Source: Chitinophagaceae bacterium
GTDB taxonomy: Bacteria; Bacteroidota; Bacteroidia; Chitinophagales; Chitinophagaceae
Direction: 5' to 3'
Assembly: GCA_036564845.1 (NCBI GenBank)
Contig: DATCOF010000331.1
Coordinates: 944-64,943, forward strand
Length of the DNA stretch: 64,000 nt
Under the pieces are notes generated by a model. The model ran no database searches, was not told the origin of the DNA, and worked only from the letters and a program-made list of their open reading frames with translations. Numbering within the stretch: position 1 is the stretch's first letter; each line of letters starts with the position of its first letter. The position numbers were made by a program, and so were the translations under genes. Below, in pieces: positions 30,083 to 40,454 of the stretch.

Positions 30083-32467
30083 TTATTCAACTTTTAAAAA
30101 TCCCAACTCATACACTTGAGGTTGTAATTTTTCAGTCAACGCTTTATAAGCATCTTCAAAGGGTTTAAAACTTACAGGTGCAAAATCACCACTGGCATTA
30201 CGGGCTTGCAACGCTTTTCTTATTTGATACCAGCCTACGTCTGCACGGTTTAATTTTAATTCATCTCTCACTGTTCTTACGTCCGTATGTGCAAAATACG
30301 CTTGCCATAATATTTTACCCTCATGCAAAACTTTAGTTGCTTCATCGGATAGTGTTTTATCTCTTAAGTATTGCACCATAAAATCAGATTCAAAACGGTC
30401 AGGTGCATTAACTTCTTCTTCGGTGTAGGGAATAAAATGATTTACTATGCTCCATTTTTTACTGTTCCACTCAAGGTCGTTTGCACTGGCAGTTAAATTG
30501 CCTCCATTGAATAACATCCAAATCAAAGAATCATTCTTAAATTCTTCTGTAAGAGGTTGGGAAGGTTGCAGAAATTGATCACGATTATTAAGCCAAGTAG
30601 GTTTAACTAATTTTCTAACAGAGAAAACAATCGCTATCTGCCAAAGATTTTTAGTTGTAATAAATATGGTTCCAGCACTTCCATATCCTGATGAAAGAAT
30701 AGCTTGAGTTGAGGCGTTTTGAACATCAGGACCTTTTATTATTAAACAACCTATGGTATCATCAGCCCATTTAGTACCACGCAAATCTTTGCTTGCAGTA
30801 GCTGGGGTGGTTGCATTTTTCAAAGGGATAACATCAACCTTATTTGCCTTTGGTCTAATTATCCAGTTACTTAATAAGTTTTCACTTGCAACATTTTGAA
30901 ATTTCTTTTCACCAATTGCATTCGCATTTTTATCTAAGACTTCAGTTGTAATTTCAATTATAGGTTTCTTTTTATTTGTTGTTTGATTAGTCGCCCACAC
31001 TAAGAACCCTATTGGAAAATTTCCATTCAATCCATCAAAGGCTTTACTGTGTACCACAAATCCACCTAAGTATTTTGCATTCCATATTTCACGAAAATTT
31101 TCAAAATTAGAAGAGTTTACATATTTGAGTGTGCTAAACATTGCCAATGTTGCCTTAGGGATTTCTTGAGCAATACGAGCTACAAATTGTATAAACAATT
31201 CACGTTTGGCATAGCCATATTGATTCATGCTTTTTGAAATACGGGTATTTGCTACATCTGTTTTTGCCTCACTTCCTAATGTATCCCCCGATTCCGCATA
31301 AGGCGGATTCATCAACACTAAAATCTTTTTACCATCTGCAATTGCTTTGCGCAAAGCTGCTGGTATTTTATTAGTTAGTGTGTAATCTATTTTTCCATCA
31401 TCCGTTATATCATCATTCAGGTAATCGTATTGAAAACGTTGTGCAGCCACACAGGTTTTAGTGGCTTTCATTACATCCACATCTGCCTGGTCCAATGTGC
31501 TCATATATATATTGCGGGGGTTGCTGTGCTTCACTTCGAGGTTGCCTACTCCGCAACACATATCCCAAACTATGTATTCTTTCTGCCAGTTTTTGCCTAA
31601 GGTTTCTGTTAGTTTATCATATGCCTTATCCACTACAGCTAAAGGTGTATAGAAGGCACCTTTAAAACTACGTTCATCCAGTGGTATTAAACTATCACGC
31701 CTTTCAAGTAAATAATTGCGGTACTCTGCTTTTGGTGGTTTATGATAAATTGCCCAAAACTGGCGGTAACCTTCTTTGTTTCCAAGTTCATAAATATGTC
31801 CACCCAAACTAAATACAGGGGAACCATTTTTATGCATGAGTGCTGCGGTTAAATAATCATGAGTAGATAGTGTGCCGTCATGCATAATATCGGCAAAAAA
31901 TAAAAGCGCATAATCTTCTTCTGCAACACCTTTAATTTCTCTACCTATCATTACAACCCATTTATCAAAAACTTGTTTAAGATTGTCGGGGGTAATTTGT
32001 GTACGGATTATATCACCATTTTTTATAGCATTCTTTATGGTGCTTATAAATTCATCTTCATGAGTTTCTATTTTAAATGAAACGAAGTGAGTGCCAATGT
32101 GAGCAGAAACAGTATCTAATGCTTCCTGTGTATAGCCGCTTGCAGACTTGCCCCATTTAATTGTTTTTTTGGCAAGAAATGGCAACACATCTTCACTCTT
32201 CATGATGGCAGCTTTGGCGGTATCTATCACTGCTAAAAAAGGTGGAACGTAATCACCTTTATTCAATGCATCTTGAACATAGTGCATCAATTGAGTAAAC
32301 ATAACGTAGGTGGAGTGCTTACTTGTATCTTTTGCTTCAAACCAAATTTCTTTAGTTTGTATATCAATCAGATTCTTGGAATATCCTTTTAAGCCAAGAG
32401 CTTTAATATATGCATCCTTGACATCTTCTTCACTTCTAACTTGTTGCAACTTTTCATAGAGCTTCAT
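30083..32467 (-). CDS. Single-chain restriction-modification-like protein (N-terminal PD-(D/E)xK-like nuclease fused to an N6-adenine methyltransferase)
   Basis: N-terminal E..D..FEAK, GAFYTP, motif I WDMCCGVGNL, motif IV NPPY, and a long C-terminal putative target-recognition region. Confidence 0.75.
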   Translation of the reverse strand: MKLYEKLQQVRSEEDVKDAYIKALGLKGYSKNLIDIQTKEIWFEAKDTSKHSTYVMFTQLMHYVQDALNKGDYVPPFLAVIDTAKAAIMKSEDVLPFLAKKTIKWGKSASGYTQEALDTVSAHIGTHFVSFKIETHEDEFISTIKNAIKNGDIIRTQITPDNLKQVFDKWVVMIGREIKGVAEEDYALLFFADIMHDGTLSTHDYLTAALMHKNGSPVFSLGGHIYELGNKEGYRQFWAIYHKPPKAEYRNYLLERRDSLIPLDERSFKGAFYTPLAVVDKAYDKLTETLGKNWQKEYIVWDMCCGVGNLEVKHSNPRNIYMSTLDQADVDVMKATKTCVAAQRFQYDYLNDDITDDGKIDYTLTNKIPAALRKAIADGKKILVLMNPPYAESGDTLGSEAKTDVANTRISKSMNQYGYAKRELFIQFVARIAQEIPKATLAMFSTLKYVNSSNFENFREIWNAKYLGGFVVHSKAFDGLNGNFPIGFLVWATNQTTNKKKPIIEITTEVLDKNANAIGEKKFQNVASENLLSNWIIRPKANKVDVIPLKNATTPATASKDLRGTKWADDTIGCLIIKGPDVQNASTQAILSSGYGSAGTIFITTKNLWQIAIVFSVRKLVKPTWLNNRDQFLQPSQPLTEEFKNDSLIWMLFNGGNLTASANDLEWNSKKWSIVNHFIPYTEEEVNAPDRFESDFMVQYLRDKTLSDEATKVLHEGKILWQAYFAHTDVRTVRDELKLNRADVGWYQIRKALQARNASGDFAPVSFKPFEDAYKALTEKLQPQVYELGFLKVE

Positions 32468-32606
32468 TTATATTTATTTTTTGATAGACATAACACTAAA
32501 TATTTGTACATATCTTAATCAGGATATTTTTTTCCATTTTAGCACTAAATATTTTTCATTTAGCAATTTGCTTTATCATTTTATTATTTGATCATCAACG
32601 TTAGCT

Positions 32607-33890
32607 TCACACCACTTTCACTAACCAATAATTCTTCTTGCCCTTTTGTACTAACAGATATTTTTGATTAAGCAACTGAGTAGTATCCACTCTAAACTCA
32701 GCACTTTCAACTTTTAATTTATTAATACTTACTCCGCCGGCCTGCACCATTTTTTTTGCTTCGCCTTTGCTGGAAAAAATTTTTGTATCGGCAAGAAATG
32801 AGATGATGTCAACACCTAAATTTTGTTTTGCAAACTCAACCATTGGTACACCATCCATCACCTGCAGTAATTCTTCTTCGTTAAGTTGTTTTAAAATTTC
32901 TGCAGTTTCATTGCTGAATAAAATTTGTGAGGCCTGCACAGCAAAATCATATTCTTTTTTTGAGTGAACAAACGTGGTTACTTCTTCTGCCAGTTTTTGC
33001 TGTAATATGCGAAGGTGCTCATTTCCATGATGTTGCTCTTTTAATTTTTCTATTTCTTCTTTATTTAAAAACGTAAATGTTTTTAAATATCTTTCTGCAT
33101 CTTCATCAGCAGCGTTCAACCAAAATTGATAGAATTGATATGGAGAAGTTTTTTTTGCATCCAACCAAACATTTCCTTTTTCTGTTTTACCAAATTTTCC
33201 TCCATCGGCTTTTGTCATCAGCGGGCAGGTAAATGCAAATGCTTCGCCGCCACTTTTTCTTCTTATCAGTTCTGTTCCTGTAACAATATTTCCCCATTGA
33301 TCGCTGCCGCCCATTTGCAGTTTGCAATTCTTGTTTTTGTAAAGCCAGTAAAAATCATAACCCTGCACTAATTGATAAGTAAATTCAGTAAAGCTCATCC
33401 CGGTTTCGCCTTCAACTCTTTTCTTCACGCTATCTTTTGCAAGCATATAGTTTATCGAAATATGCTTACCTACGTCTCTTATAAAATCAAGGAAAGTAAT
33501 TTCTTTAAACCAGTCGTAGTTGTTTACCATTTCTGCGCCGTTAGGTTTTGCAGAATCAAAATCCAAAAATTTTTCCAATTGTTTTTTTACGCATGAAAGG
33601 TTGTGCTGCAAAACATCTTCACTCAACAAATTTCTTTCTTCACTTTTACCTGAGGGGTCGCCAACCATTCCTGTTGCGCCGCCAATAAGTGCGATCGGTT
33701 TATGTCCGCATCTTTGTAAAAAAGACAATAACATTATGGGTACAAGGTTACCGATGTGCAGACTGTCAGCAGTGGGGTCAAAACCCACATAAGCGCTGGT
33801 TATTTCTTTATTTAATTGCTCTTCGGTGCCGGGCATAATATCCTGGATAAGCCCCCGCCATTTTAATTCTTCTATCAAATTCTTCATCAA
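32607..33890 (-). CDS. tyrS: Tyrosine--tRNA ligase
   Basis: [13 protein letters not shown] (HIGH), [14 protein letters not shown] (KMSKS), C-terminal S4 domain. Confidence 0.98.
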   Translation of the reverse strand: MMKNLIEELKWRGLIQDIMPGTEEQLNKEITSAYVGFDPTADSLHIGNLVPIMLLSFLQRCGHKPIALIGGATGMVGDPSGKSEERNLLSEDVLQHNLSCVKKQLEKFLDFDSAKPNGAEMVNNYDWFKEITFLDFIRDVGKHISINYMLAKDSVKKRVEGETGMSFTEFTYQLVQGYDFYWLYKNKNCKLQMGGSDQWGNIVTGTELIRRKSGGEAFAFTCPLMTKADGGKFGKTEKGNVWLDAKKTSPYQFYQFWLNAADEDAERYLKTFTFLNKEEIEKLKEQHHGNEHLRILQQKLAEEVTTFVHSKKEYDFAVQASQILFSNETAEILKQLNEEELLQVMDGVPMVEFAKQNLGVDIISFLADTKIFSSKGEAKKMVQAGGVSINKLKVESAEFRVDTTQLLNQKYLLVQKGKKNYWLVKVV

Positions 33891-33911
33891 AAAATATATT
33901 CAGATAAGCGT

Positions 33912-33919
33912 CAAAATTA
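33912..33919 (-). promoter_or_regulatory. -7 promoter element for tyrS
   Basis: CAAAATTA on the plus strand is TAATTTTG on the minus strand, ~20 nt upstream of the ATG. Confidence 0.55.
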
Positions 33920-34282
33920 ATGTATAAAAATCCCGGCTTACCAGAATTTCTTTCATTGTCACATGGGGACCGTCAGACAATGTTTGTATAAAACCCCTGA
34001 ATTGTCACCATTTCTCACTAAGTTTGTTTACCCCAAAAATCTAACCCCATCTTGCGCTCAACTATCATCAACAACCGTATAAAATGCAATCCTGTAATCA
34101 TTGACTTTATAAGCAAATGGTTAGGAAATAATTTGATCAGCGATCATTTACTAATAAATGCAGGTATCGGTGCAGCCTTTTATAGTGTAATGGTATCTTC
34201 TAAAATAGATTTCAAGTGCAATATATATGATTATAAACCGTTTTTAACTGACACAGAATCTATTACCTATTGATTTAAGACT

Positions 34283-35386
34283 ATGAAACTAACTTACGCG
34301 ACAAGGTTAATATGCTTACTGGTATTGCCTTTGTCAGTTTTTTCCCAGTTCAGAAAGTATTCCAACGAATTTTTAAATATTGGTGCAGGAGCCCGTGGAC
34401 TTTCTATGGGAAGTGCACAGGTTGCCTCTGTAAAAGATGGTACTGCAGGTTATTGGAATCCCGCAGGATTAACGGGAGTTGAATATTCAACTGTGAATTT
34501 TATGCACGCCAGTTATTTTTCAAACATTGCCAAATACGATTATGCAAGTGTGGCAATACCGGTAAGTGATAATAAGCGAACCATTGGTGTTTCAGTTTTA
34601 CGATTTGCTGTAGATGATATTCCTAATACTCTGTTTTTGGTAGAGCCTGACGGCAGCATTAACTATAATAATATTCAAACATTTTCTTCGGCTGACTATG
34701 CATTTTTATTTTCGTTTGCTCAAAAAATAAAAGATGAGGATGATTATAAAATGAGCTTTGGCGCCAATGCAAAAATTATCTATCGTAAAGTTGGGCATTT
34801 TGCAAAAGCGTTAGGCTTTGGCCTGGATGCAGGTTTCAGGATTCAAAAAGATAACTGGAGCATAGGTGTTGTTGCAAAAGACATCACCACAACTTTTAAT
34901 GCATGGACATTTGATTTTACCGAAAAAGAAAAAGAAGTTTTGTACCTCACTAAAAATGATATTCCTATAAAGTCAACAGAGCTTACTGCTCCAAGGCTAA
35001 CAATAGGTGGCGGCTATAATTTTGTTTTTGGCAGTTCTTTTAGTTTACTTGCCGAAGCTGATCTTGATGTAACGTTTGATGGTAAAAGAAATACTGTCAT
35101 CAGCGGAAAATCTATTAGTGCAGATCCGCACCTGGGCCTTGAAGCATCCATCAATGATGTATTTTTTATAAGAGCCGGCATCACAAATTTTCAACAGGCA
35201 CTTGCTGATGGTGATACAACCAATCAAAAAAAGGTGTGGATATATCAACCAAGTCTTGGTGCAGGATTCAAAGTAAAAAATATAAGTATTGATTATGCTT
35301 TTTCAAATCTTGCTAACCAATCAAATCCTTTATACTCACATATTTTTTCATTAAAATTTGATCTGAACAGAAAAGATAAAAATTAA
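34283..35386 (+). CDS. PorV/FadL-like outer-membrane beta-barrel (T9SS PorV paralogue, PorV2-like)
   Basis: Signal peptide, FLNIGAGARGLSMG, YWNPAGL, alternating beta-strands, IDYAF near the C-terminus. Confidence 0.8.
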   Translation: MKLTYATRLICLLVLPLSVFSQFRKYSNEFLNIGAGARGLSMGSAQVASVKDGTAGYWNPAGLTGVEYSTVNFMHASYFSNIAKYDYASVAIPVSDNKRTIGVSVLRFAVDDIPNTLFLVEPDGSINYNNIQTFSSADYAFLFSFAQKIKDEDDYKMSFGANAKIIYRKVGHFAKALGFGLDAGFRIQKDNWSIGVVAKDITTTFNAWTFDFTEKEKEVLYLTKNDIPIKSTELTAPRLTIGGGYNFVFGSSFSLLAEADLDVTFDGKRNTVISGKSISADPHLGLEASINDVFFIRAGITNFQQALADGDTTNQKKVWIYQPSLGAGFKVKNISIDYAFSNLANQSNPLYSHIFSLKFDLNRKDKN

Positions 35387-35399
35387 TTTTTCTACACGT

Positions 35400-38300
35400 A
35401 TGAAAAAACTATTACTCCCTATATTCATTGTTATTTCAATAGCCGGTTATTGCCAGACAAACAATAGCTGGATAGATTATAATAAAACTTATTACAAATT
35501 TAAAGTTGGCTCAACAGGCTTATATAGAATTTCACAAGCAACATTATCTTCTATTGGGTTAGGAAATATTTCTGCAGATCAATTTCAATTATGGAGAAAT
35601 GGTGAGGAAGTAAGATTGTATACAACCTCTGCCGGCGTGCCTTTGGCGTCATCAGGTTACATTGAATTTTGGGGTGTAATGAATGATGGTAAAAAGGATA
35701 CTAAACTTTATTTAAATACAGATTACCAGTTATCAGATCACTGGAGCCTTGTAACAGATACGGCTTCCTATTTTTTAACTGTTAACCCGGGAAGTAATTT
35801 AAGATATAATGATGCAGCAAATAATGTTGCCGGAACTATACTAACTCCTGAGCCATATTTTATGAACACCCGTGGAGCTTATTACAGAGACAAAATAAAT
35901 CCGGGGTTTGCGCAAGTAGTGGGAGAATATGTATACTCCTCTGCATACGATATAGGCGAAGGATGGTCAACGAATGATATTGCGCCGGGTTTTGATCTTT
36001 CAAATGTATTTGATACAATCAATTTATATAGCGCTGGCCCTTCTGCAACTTTTCGTATAGCCGCATCAGGCAATGCATTAAACAGCAGGAGAGTTAAGGT
36101 AAAGTTATACGGCACAACAATTTTAGATAGTGCGATGGATTACTTTGGATACCTAAAAGCAACTGTTACCAATATCCCTATATCAACTTTTCTAAGCACT
36201 GATATTGCAGGAATTAGTGTTCAAAATACAGCGGGAGTAGGAAGTGACAGAATGGTAGTTTCATTTATGGAACTTACTTATCCCGGTAAATTTAATTTTA
36301 ATAATCAAAAGAATTATTATTTTGAATTACCCGCTTCCACTACAGGTAATTATTTAGTAATAGATAATTTTAATAATGGCGGTACAGCTCCTGTCCTCAT
36401 GGATATAGTTACCGGCAACAGGTACACCGGGGATATTTCCACCATCGGAAAAGTAAAATTTGTTTTGCCTGCATCAGCGATAACGCTTCGCAAATTTATT
36501 TTGGTAAGCGAGGATGCAGCTAATGTAAAAAATATTTCAAATGCTGTTCAGCGCAATTTTGTAAACTATTCAATTGCTGCTAACCAGGCAAATTATTTGA
36601 TCATCAGTCATCCAAGTTTATATAACAATGGAGCGGGACAAAATTATGTTGATCAATACAGGGCATACAGAAGTTCAACCGCAGGTGGAAGCTACAATGC
36701 AAAAGTGTACGACATAGATCAGCTTAATGATCAGTTTGGATATGGAATAAAAAATCATCCTTCATCAGTTAAAGATTTTTTACAGTTTGCAAAAACGAAT
36801 TTTACACAGGCACCCAAATTTGTTTTTCTTATTGGCAAGGGAGTTAGTTATTATGATTATTCTTTTATACAAACAAGTCCTACTGCTGATAGATTAGATC
36901 TTATACCAACATTTGGTTATCCGGCTTCAGATATTCGTCTTGCATCAGGTTACAATAGTTTGGTTCCGGATGTTCCGGTTGGAAGATTGTCAGTAATTAC
37001 AGGAAACGAAGTTGGAAATTATCTTGTAAAAATGAAGCAATACGAGCAGGCCCAGGCCTCTACTTCGCAAACAGTTGCAGACAAAGGATGGATGAAGAAC
37101 ATAGCGCATGTGATCGGTGGTAAAGACAATTCTGAGAGCGATCTTTTTTCAATTTACATGAACAGCTATAGGCAAATTATCCAGGACACTTTATTTGGAG
37201 GCACAGTAGAAACTTTTTCAAAATCATCAACCGCTGCTGTGCAGATCATCGCAAGCCAGCGCATAGAAGAATTGTTCAATGAAGGCCTTAGCATGGTTAG
37301 TTATTTTGGTCACTCTTCTGCCAATACTCTGGAATTTAATTTAAGCAGTCCTGAAACATATAATAATCTTGGCAGGTATCCATTCTTTGATGTTAGCGGA
37401 TGTACAGCAGGAAACAATTACACTGCAGATACATTGCGCCTGCAGGGTGTAATGTCTCTTTCAGAAAAATATGTTTTGGCAAATCAACGGGGAAGCATTG
37501 CATTTTTGGCAAGTACACATTTGGGCATACCTCCATTCCTCAACAATTATCAATATGAATTTTATAAACAAACAGGCGTAACAAGTTATGGTAGCCCTGT
37601 AGGTAATATTATAAGAAATGTAATTCAGAATTTGGGCGGAGCAAATCCTGCGCTTGATTTTTTTGTAAGGATGCATCTTGAAGAAATGAATCTAAATGGA
37701 GATCCGGCATTAACAATTAATTCGCATCCAAAACCGGATTATGTAATTGAGGAGCCGATGATAAAAATAAATCCTGCAATAATTTCAGTAGCGGATAATA
37801 CGTTCAGCATTCAGGTAAACATGCTTAATATCGGCAAGGCTATAACAGATTCTATAAGGGTTATTGTAAAAAGAACATTGCCGGATAATAGTGTTGTTGT
37901 TTTATTCAACCAGAATATTGCTGCAATAAAACATTCTGATTCTTTGTTGTTTGTTACACAGATAAATCCTTTAACTGATAAAGGTTTGAATAAAATAACA
38001 GTAATACTTGATGCAGATAATCGTGTAAGTGAAATGTCTGAGTTGAACAATACAGTAACAAAAGATTTCGTCATTTTTGAAGATGAAGTACGGCCTGTTT
38101 ATCCTTATAATTTTTCTATTGTAAATAATCAGAACGTAAGTTATTACGGTTCTACAGCAAATCCTCTTACTGCACAACGGCAGGTGATGATGGAAGTTGA
38201 TACAACTGAATTATTTAATTCACCATTTAAAAAATCATTCAATACAACATCATCAGGTGGTGTTATAGAGTTTAAACCTTTAATAACTTATAGTGACAAC

Positions 38301-40439
38301 ACTGTTTATTATTGGCGTATCGCAATGCAGCCATTGAGTGGGCCGATCATCTGGAATGGTTCATCATTTATTTATTTACAAAATGGCGGAACAGGATTTA
38401 ATCAATCCGGTTATTACCAGTTCTTAAAAGATAATTATACGCAAATGCATTTAGGTACTAATGGTGTATTTGATTTTAATGTTGCGGCCAGGAGCTTAAC
38501 TATCCGCACAGGGTTGTATCCATATTATCTATTTGACAGGATAGATGTTAATCTTGATTTTACCAGGATCGAAAACTACGGCTGTAAGTATAACAGCTTG
38601 CAATTTTATGTTTTTGATTCATCAACATTAGCGGCTATGCCTAATTATGATGTTGGAGGAAGCGGTAGATTTGGAAGCTTTACGCCTGCGTGTAAACCTG
38701 CTCCAATAAGATACTTTTTTGAGTTTCCTTATACAGATCCACTTTACAGAAAAAGAGCAATGGATTTTCTTGACAGTATCCCCGCAGGGAAATATGTTGC
38801 CATTACCAATTTAGGAATGATAAGCAATACATCATTTATTGATACTTGGAAGAGCGATACAGCAACTTTGGGTTCGGGTAATTCATTATACCATAAATTA
38901 AAATCCATCGGTTTTACACAGATAGATAGCTTCACAAGAAATTTGCCGTTTTTATATTTTTATCAAAAGGGAATTCCGGCGTATGCGCCACAGCAGTTTG
39001 TTGGTGCAGTAGATGAGCAGGTAAATCAATCATTTATTTTACAGGCAAAATATAAAGACGGTAGTGTTGAATGGACACAGGTTGGTCCTGCGAAAGTATG
39101 GACAGTACTGCATTGGAGAGGAAAAGACTTAGAGCCTTCTGTTCCCGATACTGTTTCAATTGAAGTATATGGCATCACTGCAACGGGCAGTAAAGTAAAA
39201 CTTGCAACGGTGCAATCAAAAGATACAACCCTTGCATTTATTGATGCAAAAACATATCCGTACCTGGGTTTAAAAATGCTTAACAGCGATCAAACGTATG
39301 CTACGCCAAATCAATTACAATACTGGAGAATAAATGCAGATTATGTTCCGGAAGGTGCAATAGCGCCGAACATAGTTCTGAAAATGAAAGACACTGTTGA
39401 AGTGGGAGAGAAGATAAATTTTTCAATTGCATTTAAAAATATCAGCGCAACAGCATTTGATAGTTTGAAAATTAAATTTACTATCACCGACAGAAATAAT
39501 GTTCCGCATGATATTTTTATTCCTAAAGGAAAAGCATTGCTTGCCGGCGATACGTTAACTGTGAATTATACAATTGACACAAAGGATTATTATGGAATGA
39601 ATACTTTGTATGTTGAAGTAAATCCTGATAATGATCAGCCTGAGCAATATCATTTCAACAATTTTATTTACAAGAATTTTTTTGTGAAGGGTGATAATCT
39701 TAATCCATTACTGGATGTAACATTTGATGGCGTTCACATCTTAAGCCGTGATATCGTTTCTGCACGGCCGCATATTCTTATCAAATTAAAAGATGAAAGC
39801 AAATATCTTGCGTTAAGTGATACTTCGTTCTTGAAAGTGCAACTGCGCTTGCCTGATGGTACGCTAAAAAGTTACAGGTTTGATAACGACACAATGCGGT
39901 TCACACCTGCAAACCTTGCCAATGGTGAAAACACCGCAACGATAGATTTTACACCACTCTTAAGCGGAGATGATGCTGAGTATGAGCTTATCGTTTCAGG
40001 AAAGGATGTTGTCGGAAATAAAGCAGGGGATGTTGAGTACCATGTTATATTCCGTGTTATAAACAAACCGATGATTTCAAATCTGCTGAATTATCCAAAT
40101 CCATTTACAACATCAACAGCATTTGTATTTACGGTTACGGGCACACAGCCACCGCAGAATATGAGGATACAAATTCTTACTATCACAGGTAAGGTTGTTA
40201 AAGAAATAACCAGCAATGAATTGGGGCCAATACATATCGGCAGAAACATTACAGAATACAAATGGGATGGTACAGATATGTATGGACAAAAACTTGGTAA
40301 TGGTGTTTACCTGTATAGAGTGCTTACAAATTTAAATGGCAAGAGTCTTGATAAATTTAAAGATGCCGGTGATGATACTGATAAATATTTTACAAAAGGA
40401 TATGGAAAAATGTATCTCTTAAATTCTACCAAGTATTAA
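35400..40439 (+). CDS. Large C25 (gingipain-family) cysteine peptidase, PorU-like sortase paralogue with a T9SS C-terminal domain
   Basis: Signal peptide, YLIISHP, FVFLIGKG, VGRLSV, candidate catalytic His (YFGHSS) and Cys (SGCTAG), LNGDPAL, Ig/CARDB-like segments, and CTD YPNPFT...WDGTD...GVYLYRV. Confidence 0.85.
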   Translation: MKKLLLPIFIVISIAGYCQTNNSWIDYNKTYYKFKVGSTGLYRISQATLSSIGLGNISADQFQLWRNGEEVRLYTTSAGVPLASSGYIEFWGVMNDGKKDTKLYLNTDYQLSDHWSLVTDTASYFLTVNPGSNLRYNDAANNVAGTILTPEPYFMNTRGAYYRDKINPGFAQVVGEYVYSSAYDIGEGWSTNDIAPGFDLSNVFDTINLYSAGPSATFRIAASGNALNSRRVKVKLYGTTILDSAMDYFGYLKATVTNIPISTFLSTDIAGISVQNTAGVGSDRMVVSFMELTYPGKFNFNNQKNYYFELPASTTGNYLVIDNFNNGGTAPVLMDIVTGNRYTGDISTIGKVKFVLPASAITLRKFILVSEDAANVKNISNAVQRNFVNYSIAANQANYLIISHPSLYNNGAGQNYVDQYRAYRSSTAGGSYNAKVYDIDQLNDQFGYGIKNHPSSVKDFLQFAKTNFTQAPKFVFLIGKGVSYYDYSFIQTSPTADRLDLIPTFGYPASDIRLASGYNSLVPDVPVGRLSVITGNEVGNYLVKMKQYEQAQASTSQTVADKGWMKNIAHVIGGKDNSESDLFSIYMNSYRQIIQDTLFGGTVETFSKSSTAAVQIIASQRIEELFNEGLSMVSYFGHSSANTLEFNLSSPETYNNLGRYPFFDVSGCTAGNNYTADTLRLQGVMSLSEKYVLANQRGSIAFLASTHLGIPPFLNNYQYEFYKQTGVTSYGSPVGNIIRNVIQNLGGANPALDFFVRMHLEEMNLNGDPALTINSHPKPDYVIEEPMIKINPAIISVADNTFSIQVNMLNIGKAITDSIRVIVKRTLPDNSVVVLFNQNIAAIKHSDSLLFVTQINPLTDKGLNKITVILDADNRVSEMSELNNTVTKDFVIFEDEVRPVYPYNFSIVNNQNVSYYGSTANPLTAQRQVMMEVDTTELFNSPFKKSFNTTSSGGVIEFKPLITYSDNTVYYWRIAMQPLSGPIIWNGSSFIYLQNGGTGFNQSGYYQFLKDNYTQMHLGTNGVFDFNVAARSLTIRTGLYPYYLFDRIDVNLDFTRIENYGCKYNSLQFYVFDSSTLAAMPNYDVGGSGRFGSFTPACKPAPIRYFFEFPYTDPLYRKRAMDFLDSIPAGKYVAITNLGMISNTSFIDTWKSDTATLGSGNSLYHKLKSIGFTQIDSFTRNLPFLYFYQKGIPAYAPQQFVGAVDEQVNQSFILQAKYKDGSVEWTQVGPAKVWTVLHWRGKDLEPSVPDTVSIEVYGITATGSKVKLATVQSKDTTLAFIDAKTYPYLGLKMLNSDQTYATPNQLQYWRINADYVPEGAIAPNIVLKMKDTVEVGEKINFSIAFKNISATAFDSLKIKFTITDRNNVPHDIFIPKGKALLAGDTLTVNYTIDTKDYYGMNTLYVEVNPDNDQPEQYHFNNFIYKNFFVKGDNLNPLLDVTFDGVHILSRDIVSARPHILIKLKDESKYLALSDTSFLKVQLRLPDGTLKSYRFDNDTMRFTPANLANGENTATIDFTPLLSGDDAEYELIVSGKDVVGNKAGDVEYHVIFRVINKPMISNLLNYPNPFTTSTAFVFTVTGTQPPQNMRIQILTITGKVVKEITSNELGPIHIGRNITEYKWDGTDMYGQKLGNGVYLYRVLTNLNGKSLDKFKDAGDDTDKYFTKGYGKMYLLNSTKY

Positions 40440-40454
40440 TATAGCAGAAAAATT

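Noticed and set aside
34052-34273. 73-aa ORF upstream of the PorV-like gene
   Set aside because: TTG start, no recognisable motif, and composition like AT-rich intergenic DNA. It cannot be supported.
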